The translations under genes and the position numbers were made by a program. The notes under the pieces are model-generated. The model saw only the letters and a list, made by a program, of their open reading frames with translations. It did no database searches and had not been told where the DNA came from. A DNA stretch of 64,000 bases from an uncultured Actinomycetota bacterium (GTDB lineage Bacteria; Actinomycetota; UBA4738; HRBIN12), in contig CAVXJL010000002.1 of NCBI GenBank assembly GCA_963762015.1, forward strand, positions 469,171-533,170. The letters run 5' to 3'. Below, in pieces: positions 31,735 through 39,518 of the stretch; positions within the stretch are counted from its first letter, which is position 1; every line of letters starts with the position of its first letter.

Positions 31735-34616
31735 CGAAGGCGGCCCCGAAGCAGCGACGCAGCCCCGCAACGGGAACCCGCGCCACCCGCCAGGCGATGA
31801 AGCGCCAACCGGCATCCGTGAAGTCGAGCAAGCCCAAGCCGGACTTGAAGATCGTCCAGACGCAGGTCTTCCGGGGGCCCAACTACTGGTCGTACGAACC
31901 GTGCATCCGGATGCTGGTCGACCTGGGATCGCTCGAGGAATGGCCCTCCAACCAGATCCCGGGCTTCAACGAAGGCCTCCTCGCGCTGCTCCCCGGCGTC
32001 GCCGAGCACTCCTGTTCGCTCGGTCGCCGCGGCGGCTTCGGGGAACGCCTCGTCGACGGGACCTGGCTGGGACACGTCGCCGAGCACGTGGCGCTCGAGC
32101 TCCAACGGGAAACCGGTGCACATATCTCGCGGGGCAAGACGCGGAGCGCGGGAGAGACCGGCCAGTACAACGTGATCTACGGCTACTGGGAGGAAACCGT
32201 CGGCGTCGAGGCGGGGAAGCTCGCCGTTCGCCTGGTGAACCACCTGATCAAGCCGGGGAAGGAGTTCGACTTCCTGGAGGAGCTGGAACGTCTGATCAAG
32301 CTCGCCGAGCGCCGGGCGTTCGGTCCGTCGACGCAGGCGATCATCGACGAGGCGGCATCCCGTGACATCCCGTGGATGCGCCTGAACGAAGCCTCGCTGA
32401 TCCAGCTCGGCCAGGGCAAGTATCAGGAACGGATCCGCGCGACGATGACGTCGATGACGTCGGCCCTCGCGGTCGACATCGCGTCGGACAAGAAGATGAC
32501 GAACCGGCTGCTCGCCGCCGCGGGGTTGCCGGTGCCGCGGAGCGAAGTCGTGCGTACCGCCGACGAAGCGGTCGCGGCGGCGGGAAGGATCGGCTACCCG
32601 GTCGTCATCAAGCCCTTGGACGGCAACCACGGACGCGGGGTCGGCCTGAACCTGACGAAGGACAGGGCCGTCCGGGTCGCATTCGAGCGAGCGCTGAAGG
32701 AGTCCCGGGACGGGCGGGTCGTCGTCGAGACGTTCGTCAAGGGGAACGACTACCGGGTGCTCGTGATCGGCGGACGGATGGCCGCGATCGCCGAGCGCCA
32801 GCCGGCGCACGTGATCGGAGACGGCGAGCACACCGTGCGCGAGCTCGTCGAGATCACGAACCTGGACCCCCGCCGAGGGATCGGACACGAGAAGGTGCTC
32901 ACGAGGATCACGATCGATGCGAACTCGGGGCAGCTGGTGCGTGCGCAGGGGTTCGGCTTCGACGACGTCCCGCCGGAGGGCGAGCGGATCCTGCTCGTCG
33001 CGACCGGCAACATGTCCACGGGCGGGATCTCCATCGACCGCACGTGGGAGGCCCATGAGGACAATGTCGAGATCGCCGAGGAGGCCGCGAGGGTCGTCGG
33101 GCTCGACGTCGCGGGGATCGACTTCCTGACGCCGGACATCACCCTGCCCGTCCGCGAGACCGGCGGCGCGATCGTCGAGGTGAACGCGGCACCGGGATTC
33201 CGGATGCACACGCATCCCACCGAAGGAGAGCCGCAGTACGTCGCGAAACCCGTGATCGATGCGTTGTTCCCGCAGGGCACCCCGTCGCGGATCCCGATCG
33301 TGGCCGTCACCGGCTCCAACGGTAAGACCACCACCACCCGGATGATCGCCCACATCTTCCGTGGGCTGGGCAGGAAGATCGGGATGACGTCGACCGACGG
33401 GGTGTACATCGACGAGCGACTAGTGAAGCGCGTCGACGCCTCGGGTCCGAAATCGGCGCAGATGGTGCTCCAGAACCCCCGGGTCGACATGGCCATCTTC
33501 GAGGTCGCGCGCGGCGGCATCCTCCGGGAAGGACTTGGCTACGGCCGCAACGACGTGGGCGTCGTGCTGAACGTGACGGGTGATCACCTCGGACTCCGCG
33601 AGGTGGACACCCTGGAGCAGCTGGCCGCCGTGAAGCAGGTCGTCGTGGAGGCCGTCCCGAAAACGGGGTGGGCCGTCCTGAACGCCGACGATCCGTTGGT
33701 GCTCGAGATGCGCCGGCACACGGGGGGCCAGGTGATCCTGTTCTCGATGAAGGAGAAGCACGAGTTCGTCGATCGTTGGATCCGCCGAGGGCGGAAGGCG
33801 ATCGTGCTGGAACACGGCCCGCTCGGCGAGCTGATGGTGCTCAAGGAGGGGAGGCGCTCCTCGCCGATCGCCTACGTCCACATGCTGCCGGCGACCTTCG
33901 ACGGTCGCGCGCGCATGATGGTGCAGAACGCGATGGCGGCGGCCGCCGCGGCGCACGCCGCGGGCGCCCATCTGCACGACATCCGGCAGGGACTGCGTTC
34001 GTTCACGACGTCGATCTACCAGGCGCCCGGCCGTCTGAACGTGTTCGAGATGGACGGTGTGAAGGTGATCCTCGACTACGCGCACAACGCCGCGGGCCTC
34101 GAGACGCTCGGTGACTTCGTCGATCGTCTCGCATCCGACGCGGCGGTTTCCGAGCGCCCGGGTGAAGCTTCGCGAGCGGCCAATCTCGTCGTGGGCGTCG
34201 TCGCGACCGCGGGGGACCGGCGTGATGAGGACATGCGCCAGCTGGGCCGGGTCGCCGCCCGCTACTTCAACATCGTGATCGTCCGGGAAGACCGTCACCC
34301 TCGTGGACGGCAGCCGGGAGAGACGGCGGAGCTCGTAGCGGAAGGGGTGCGGGAGGCGATGAACGATGGCAACGCGCGCGCCGGCAGGGTCGAGATCGTC
34401 CTGGACGAGATGGACGCCTCCCGCAAGGCGCTCGACCGTGCGCGGCCTGGCGACGTCGTCGTCCTGTGCGTCGACTACGCCACAGAGGTCTACAAGGAGC
34501 TCGAGAAGCGACGCGGAAGCGCGACGCCATCCGCGATGGGTGCCGCCGAAAGCGGCACGATCGAAGCCCAGGGCGGCGACACCGACCTGATCGATCTCTC
34601 AGGCATCACGCGATAG
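31731..34616 (+). CDS. cphA: Cyanophycin synthetase, full-length (N domain + ATP-grasp G domain + Mur-ligase-like M domain)
   Basis: 961 aa. N domain: VFRGPNYWSYEPCIRMLVDLG. ATP-grasp: KMTNRLLAAAGLPVPR...GYPVVIKPLDGNHGRGV...EVNAAPGFRMH. M domain: VTGSNGKTTTTRMIAHI...LDYAHNAAG. The GTG start overlaps the cphB stop (GTGA). Confidence 0.93.
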   Translation: MTKAAPKQRRSPATGTRATRQAMKRQPASVKSSKPKPDLKIVQTQVFRGPNYWSYEPCIRMLVDLGSLEEWPSNQIPGFNEGLLALLPGVAEHSCSLGRRGGFGERLVDGTWLGHVAEHVALELQRETGAHISRGKTRSAGETGQYNVIYGYWEETVGVEAGKLAVRLVNHLIKPGKEFDFLEELERLIKLAERRAFGPSTQAIIDEAASRDIPWMRLNEASLIQLGQGKYQERIRATMTSMTSALAVDIASDKKMTNRLLAAAGLPVPRSEVVRTADEAVAAAGRIGYPVVIKPLDGNHGRGVGLNLTKDRAVRVAFERALKESRDGRVVVETFVKGNDYRVLVIGGRMAAIAERQPAHVIGDGEHTVRELVEITNLDPRRGIGHEKVLTRITIDANSGQLVRAQGFGFDDVPPEGERILLVATGNMSTGGISIDRTWEAHEDNVEIAEEAARVVGLDVAGIDFLTPDITLPVRETGGAIVEVNAAPGFRMHTHPTEGEPQYVAKPVIDALFPQGTPSRIPIVAVTGSNGKTTTTRMIAHIFRGLGRKIGMTSTDGVYIDERLVKRVDASGPKSAQMVLQNPRVDMAIFEVARGGILREGLGYGRNDVGVVLNVTGDHLGLREVDTLEQLAAVKQVVVEAVPKTGWAVLNADDPLVLEMRRHTGGQVILFSMKEKHEFVDRWIRRGRKAIVLEHGPLGELMVLKEGRRSSPIAYVHMLPATFDGRARMMVQNAMAAAAAAHAAGAHLHDIRQGLRSFTTSIYQAPGRLNVFEMDGVKVILDYAHNAAGLETLGDFVDRLASDAAVSERPGEASRAANLVVGVVATAGDRRDEDMRQLGRVAARYFNIVIVREDRHPRGRQPGETAELVAEGVREAMNDGNARAGRVEIVLDEMDASRKALDRARPGDVVVLCVDYATEVYKELEKRRGSATPSAMGAAESGTIEAQGGDTDLIDLSGITR

Positions 34617-34619
34617 CTC

Positions 34620-34958
34620 GTGGATACCCGCGCGATCGCCGAGGAGCTCCGTGTTCGCCGTGATCAGCTGGCGGCCGAGTTGGATGTCGTCACGGTCGTG
34701 GAGCGTGACCCCGATGCGTCGGTGTCGTTCGGGAAACGAGTCGGCGACGGGACCACCGCGGCCGTCGAGCGGCTGAACCTCGTCGGAACCGCGCGGGAGC
34801 TCGAAGCCATGCTCCACGACGTCGATCGCGCCCTCCAGAAGGTCGAGGATGGGACGTACGGGATCTGCGACCGGTGCGGGAAGCTCATCACCGAGGCTCG
34901 CCTCGAGGCGCGTCCGTGGTCGGTCCTGTGCATCGACTGCGCGGCTCTCCGGACGTAA
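34620..34958 (+). CDS. TraR/DksA-family C4 zinc-finger protein
   Basis: 112 aa with a coiled-coil N-part and the C-terminal CDRCGKLITEARLEARPWSVLCIDCA. It starts 3 nt after the cphA stop. Confidence 0.75.
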   Translation: MDTRAIAEELRVRRDQLAAELDVVTVVERDPDASVSFGKRVGDGTTAAVERLNLVGTARELEAMLHDVDRALQKVEDGTYGICDRCGKLITEARLEARPWSVLCIDCAALRT

Positions 34959-34979
34959 GAGGACTGCGAGGTTCATAGG

Positions 34980-35753
34980 ATGCCCGGTGTGGCGATCGAG
35001 CGCGTCGTGAAGGAGCTCGCTGCGCACGCGCCTCGCGCCGGGGTGTTCCTCGACCTCGACGGCACGCTGGCGCCGATCGTCGCCCGGCCCGAGCTGGCGA
35101 GGATCCTCCCGGAGATCCAGCCGGTGCTATCGCGGCTCGCGAAGCGACTCGAGGTGGTCGCGGTCGTCTCCGGACGCCCGTCTTCGCAGGTTCGCGACCT
35201 GGTCGATGGGAACGATGTGGTCGTCGTGGGGACCCACGGATTGGAGGGCGAACCGCCGATGGCGGCCGAGGTGCTCGCGGAGATCGAGGTGGTGGCGGCG
35301 CCCGTTGGGGCGTGGGTGGAGCCGAAGGGGGCCGCCGCCGCCGTTCACTTCCGAGGGCTGGAGGATCCGGAGGCGGCGGAGGCGGCGTCCGCGGATGCGC
35401 TCGCGGCCCTCGCAGCCGCCCGCGGCCTTGAGATCCTGCCCGGCAAGCGCATCCTCGAGCTGATGCCCGCGGGTCGCCCACGCAAGGGTGGCGCGCTCGA
35501 GCGGCTCGCGCGTGAGCGCACGCTTCGGGGGATCTTGTTCGCCGGCGACGACGTCGGCGACCTGGACGCGTTCGCCGCGCTCTCCCGGCTCCGAGCGAAC
35601 GGACTGTGGACCTGCGGTGTGGTCGCGCGAGGCAGGGACACGCCGCCGGAGGTCGAGGCCGTGGCGGACCTGGTCGTCGACGGGCCTCTCGGCGTCGCGG
35701 CCATGCTCGCCTCCATCGCCGACGAGCTCGACCGGGAAGCAGCCGGACCCTAA
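34980..35753 (+). CDS. otsB: Trehalose-6-phosphate phosphatase (HAD family)
   Basis: 257 aa. VFLDLDGTLAPIV is HAD motif I, followed by VVSGRP, KGGAL and FAGDDVGD. It converges on otsA. Confidence 0.85.
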   Translation: MPGVAIERVVKELAAHAPRAGVFLDLDGTLAPIVARPELARILPEIQPVLSRLAKRLEVVAVVSGRPSSQVRDLVDGNDVVVVGTHGLEGEPPMAAEVLAEIEVVAAPVGAWVEPKGAAAAVHFRGLEDPEAAEAASADALAALAAARGLEILPGKRILELMPAGRPRKGGALERLARERTLRGILFAGDDVGDLDAFAALSRLRANGLWTCGVVARGRDTPPEVEAVADLVVDGPLGVAAMLASIADELDREAAGP

Positions 35754-37210
35754 AGGGCAGGTGCTCGCACCTCGTCGATCGCTCTGAGCTGTCCGGCGAG
35801 CCAGGTGGCCGGTGTGTGGGCCAGTGCCGAACGCTGGAGCCCTCGAGCCCGGCGGGTCCGCTCCTCCTCCGGCATCTCCAGCGCCTCGTGGATCGCCTCG
35901 GCCGTCTCCGACAGGTCGAAGGGATTGATCGCGAGGGCGTGGCGTCCCAAGCGACCGAAGGCGCCGGCGTTGCGAGATAGGATCAGCGAGCCGCCGCGTG
36001 AGTTCAGCACCGGTCCCTCCATCGCGACGAGGTTCATCCCGTCGTGCACCGGATTCACCAGCATCGCGTCGTACTGGTCGTACGCGGCGACGGCGTAGGT
36101 GAAGTTCTCCTGCACCTTCACGACGATCGGGGTCCAGTCCTCTTTCCCGAACGCCGCGTTGATCCGGTCGGCCGTGGCCCTGCAGTCGGCACCGTAGTCG
36201 CGATACGCGGGCACCTCCTCGCGGGATGGGCTCAGGAGCGCGAGGAAAACGACTCGACCTCGCCAGTCCGGGTGCTTCTGCAGGAGCAGCTCGAACGCGA
36301 GGAAACCGCGAAGGATGTTCTTGGACGGCTCGAGCCGATCGACGCGAAGGAGCAGCTTCCGGTCGCCGCGGATCTTCTCGACCTGCGCGCGGGCTCGTTT
36401 CGCACGGTCGCTCGCCGCGGCCTCTCGGATCTCCTGCGCGCCGACGGCGACCGGGAACGACCTGACCTGCACCTCGCGACCGTCGACCTCCGCGCGATGC
36501 GCCCGGATGTCGACGTGGACGTCGTCGAGCTCCCGGACGGAGAGCAGGAAGTTCTCGCCCCACTGCCGTCCCTGGAAGCCGACGACGTCGGCGCCGAGCA
36601 TGCCGCGAAGGATGGACCGCCGCATGTCGTCGGGCAGGGTCCGGAGGTAGGTGCGTCCTGCGAACGGCGTGTGGGAGAAGTGGAGGATCCGCGCCTCGGG
36701 AACGAGCTCTCGAAGCATGCGGGGGACGAGCGTGAGGTGATAGTCCTGGATCAGGAAGACGGGGTCGTGCTTCGCCTCCACCGCGAGCGCCCGGGCGAAC
36801 GAACGGTTCGCCTCGACGTAGTCGGACCACTCCTGCTCGGTCTGCTCCCCGAAGCTGGGGGTACGCGCGATGTCCCACAGGTAGTGGTGCACGAACCACA
36901 GGACGCCGTTGGCGATGCCGTTGTAGTAGCCGTCGTAGACCTGCTCCGGGATGTCGACGTAGCGAACGCGCTGCGCCGCTCCTTCGACCTTGCGACCCCG
37001 CGGCGCGATCTCACGGTCACCTTCCGTGACGGCCGCGGCCACCCATGTCGCATCGTCCCGCTCGAGCACCCCACCGAGCACCGTGACGAGACCGCCCGAT
37101 CCTCGATGGGCAACGAGCTTGCCGTCCTCGTCACGCTCGAAGCTCACGGGTCCTCGGTTCGAGGCGACGACCAGCGCGGATTCCATCGCAGAGTGCGGTG
37201 TGGACGCCAT
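35750..37210 (-). CDS. otsA: Alpha,alpha-trehalose-phosphate synthase (GT20)
   Basis: 486 aa. VVASNRGPVSFE, GGLVTVLGG, WFVHHYLW, IQDYHLTLVP, FSHTPF and LVNPVHDGMNLVAMEG are GT20/OtsA motifs. Confidence 0.93.
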   Translation of the reverse strand: MASTPHSAMESALVVASNRGPVSFERDEDGKLVAHRGSGGLVTVLGGVLERDDATWVAAAVTEGDREIAPRGRKVEGAAQRVRYVDIPEQVYDGYYNGIANGVLWFVHHYLWDIARTPSFGEQTEQEWSDYVEANRSFARALAVEAKHDPVFLIQDYHLTLVPRMLRELVPEARILHFSHTPFAGRTYLRTLPDDMRRSILRGMLGADVVGFQGRQWGENFLLSVRELDDVHVDIRAHRAEVDGREVQVRSFPVAVGAQEIREAAASDRAKRARAQVEKIRGDRKLLLRVDRLEPSKNILRGFLAFELLLQKHPDWRGRVVFLALLSPSREEVPAYRDYGADCRATADRINAAFGKEDWTPIVVKVQENFTYAVAAYDQYDAMLVNPVHDGMNLVAMEGPVLNSRGGSLILSRNAGAFGRLGRHALAINPFDLSETAEAIHEALEMPEEERTRRARGLQRSALAHTPATWLAGQLRAIDEVRAPAL

Positions 37211-37271
37211 GCAGCTCGATTCTCCCAGGCCGGGCGATGGGTCGCGCCGAAGGTCAACGTCACCCGGAGAA

Positions 37272-37312
37272 GAGAGGCCTGGGCGGGGGGTGCGACCCAG
37301 CCCAGGCCTCTC
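37272..37312 (-). terminator. Terminator-like perfect 13-bp hairpin downstream of the CphA-like gene
   Basis: GAGAGGCCTGGGC (37272-37284) and GCCCAGGCCTCTC (37300-37312) are perfect inverted repeats. The 15-nt loop has an inner GGGT/ACCC pairing. On the minus strand it is followed only by UUCUCC, a weak U-tract. Confidence 0.5.
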
Positions 37313-37504
37313 GGGCTGCTTGGTATGTGAGGTCCGCGCGGTGGCGCGCCGACCTGTTCCTCGGCGGATCGGGGGACCTCCACCTCGGGTGCCGGGATCC
37401 CGGCGCCTCTCGGAAGGTCACTGCCAACCCTCCGATGCAAGTTCTACGAGGTCCGGGTGACGGGGGAGAGGCCGTCCAGGGAACGTTGGGGGTTCTTGCG
37501 AAGA

Positions 37505-39205
37505 TCAACCCTTCCTTGCGACCTTCGTGCGCTTGACGAGTTTCCGAACGTCGGAGGGCCCCAAGAGCCGAGCCCCCCCTTTGCGCAGCCATCGGAAGGC
37601 CTGCTCTCGCTGGGCGAGCGCCGTGATCCCCACGACGTCGCCGGGAGCGGATGCCTTGAGCATCTCTCTCAGTGCTCGCATCTCGTCGGGATACACCTGC
37701 ACGTCGTGCTGACCCGCGCGGGCCGCTCCCTGGCGGAGCTGGGCGATCACGTCCTCCCTCGGACGACCCCGCAGGTACTTCAGCAGCTCCGCGATCACGA
37801 GATGGTCGGCGCCGAGCGCCGCGCGTACCGCGAACCCCTGCAAGATGTCGTCGGTCCGATCTCCGGCGGTCCCGATCGCCAACCAGATCTCCCGGCCCGG
37901 CGGGCTGAGGCCTTGGAGGATCTCCACCAGACCGTCCATGCCCGCCTCGTTATGGGCGTAGTCGAGCACGATGAGTCGGTCATCGAGGGAGAAGAGGTTG
38001 GTCCGACCCGGATTCTTCTTCGGATCGAGTACGAAGCTCCGCAGACCTTTCGACACGGTCCTCGACGAGAACCCCACGGCGAGCGCGGCGGCGGCGGCGG
38101 CGAGCGCGTTCTGTGTGTACATGCGAGAGAGTCCTGCGAGCGTGACGGGCACCTGGTCGAGGTCGACGAGCGGGTGCACCGCGGGCCCGTCCATCCAGGC
38201 GATCGTCCCGTCCAGGACGGTGATCGCGCGACCGCCGTCGGCGAGGGCTTCGCGGAGCGCGGGGTGGCGTGGATCCAGCGAGAAGAGCCAGATCCGAGCC
38301 GAGGCAGCACGCCGCATCGCAAGCACGCGAGGATCGTCCGCGTTCAGCACCACCCAGCCGTCCGGACGCGTGATACGGGTCACCGTCGCCTTGACCTCCG
38401 CCAGTTGATCGACCGTGGAGATCCCTTGAAGGTGCAGGTGATCGGCCGAGACGTTCGTCACGACCGCCACGTCGTTGTGCATCACGCCGATGCCGCGCAG
38501 GAGGATCCCTCCTCGAGCCGTCTCCAACACGGCGACGTCGGGGTGTTGGTCGAGGGCGATCGCTGCGCCGGCGAAGCCGGAGTAATCCCCTTCCTGCACA
38601 CGGCGATCGTTGCGGTAGACGCCGTCGGTGGAGGAGAACGCGACCCGCTTGCCGGCCGTCATCACGATATAGGCGATGAGCCGCGTCGTGGTGGTCTTGC
38701 CATTCGTGCCGCTCACCTGGATCACGGGGATGTCGGGATCCGGTACGGTGGGCTCGGGTCCGGGATCGGCGGCAGCCACCTCGCGAGCGAGCTCCGCGAT
38801 CACCCGCTCGGGCGAGCGCCGGAGGACGAGAGCCATCGCGCTCGCGACCGCGCCGGCCAGCGCCTCCGCCGACCCTCGCCGACGCCACGGGAAGACGACG
38901 ATCACGTGTCCGAAGTCAGGCCCCGTCCGTCCGCGGACCCCGAGCCATCCGGTGCCGGCGGCGGCGGCGATCCGCCTGGTGAGCTGGACCGCCACGCGCG
39001 CGCTCGCTCGGACGCGCTGTTCGCTTCCACGGGCGCCCGGATCGATCGTTCGGATCCCTGCGGTGTGTGCGATCGCGACCACTTTCTCGTCGCCGACGCG
39101 CAGCCACCCGCCGACCTCAAGCGTGAGCTTGATGGCCGGTCGAGGGAAATACAGGTTCGGGCCTTCGAGCACCCGCAGCTCGACGGTCCGGACCGGCTCC
39201 GACAC
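37505..39205 (-). CDS. Cyanophycin-synthetase-like protein with N domain + Mur-ligase M domain only (no ATP-grasp domain)
   Basis: 566 aa. The N-terminus VLEGPNLYFPRPAIKLTLEVG parallels the CphA N domain. From about aa 165 onward it is clearly paralogous to the CphA M domain: VSGTNGKTTTTRLIAYI, SSTDGVY, ETARGGILLRGIG, LNADDPRVLAMRR, IVLDYAHNEAGMDGL. There is no GYPVVIKP...GRGV-type ATP-grasp segment. Confidence 0.85.
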   Translation of the reverse strand: MSEPVRTVELRVLEGPNLYFPRPAIKLTLEVGGWLRVGDEKVVAIAHTAGIRTIDPGARGSEQRVRASARVAVQLTRRIAAAAGTGWLGVRGRTGPDFGHVIVVFPWRRRGSAEALAGAVASAMALVLRRSPERVIAELAREVAAADPGPEPTVPDPDIPVIQVSGTNGKTTTTRLIAYIVMTAGKRVAFSSTDGVYRNDRRVQEGDYSGFAGAAIALDQHPDVAVLETARGGILLRGIGVMHNDVAVVTNVSADHLHLQGISTVDQLAEVKATVTRITRPDGWVVLNADDPRVLAMRRAASARIWLFSLDPRHPALREALADGGRAITVLDGTIAWMDGPAVHPLVDLDQVPVTLAGLSRMYTQNALAAAAAALAVGFSSRTVSKGLRSFVLDPKKNPGRTNLFSLDDRLIVLDYAHNEAGMDGLVEILQGLSPPGREIWLAIGTAGDRTDDILQGFAVRAALGADHLVIAELLKYLRGRPREDVIAQLRQGAARAGQHDVQVYPDEMRALREMLKASAPGDVVGITALAQREQAFRWLRKGGARLLGPSDVRKLVKRTKVARKG

Positions 39206-39209
39206 GTGT

Positions 39210-39503
39210 CTACCCGCCGTCGGAGCCGGCCGCTGCGTCGATCTCTGCGGCGGCCGCGACGTCCTTGTCGGTCACACCGGCGGCGTCGTGTGTCGAGAGC
39301 GAGATCCGGACGTGCTTGTAGTGGACCTCGATGTCCGGGTGGTGACGGGTCGCGTCGGCTTGCTCCGCCACACGGTTCACGAATGCGATCGCCGCCCGGA
39401 AGCCCGGGAACGCGAAGTCTTTGACGATCGCGTCGCCCTGCGAGGTCCATCCCTCCGAGTTCGAAAGGAAGCTCTCGAGCTCTTCATCCGTGAGCTTCTC
39501 CAC
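39210..39503 (-). CDS. phhB: 4a-hydroxytetrahydrobiopterin dehydratase (PCD/DCoH family)
   Basis: 97 aa. LTDEELESFLSNSEGWT...FAFPGFRAAIAFVNRVAEQADATRHHPDIEVHYKHVRISLSTHD is the classic PCD signature. It ends 4 nt before the CphA-like gene. Confidence 0.85.
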   Translation of the reverse strand: MEKLTDEELESFLSNSEGWTSQGDAIVKDFAFPGFRAAIAFVNRVAEQADATRHHPDIEVHYKHVRISLSTHDAAGVTDKDVAAAAEIDAAAGSDGG

Positions 39504-39518
39504 GCGGCGCAGCGTACG

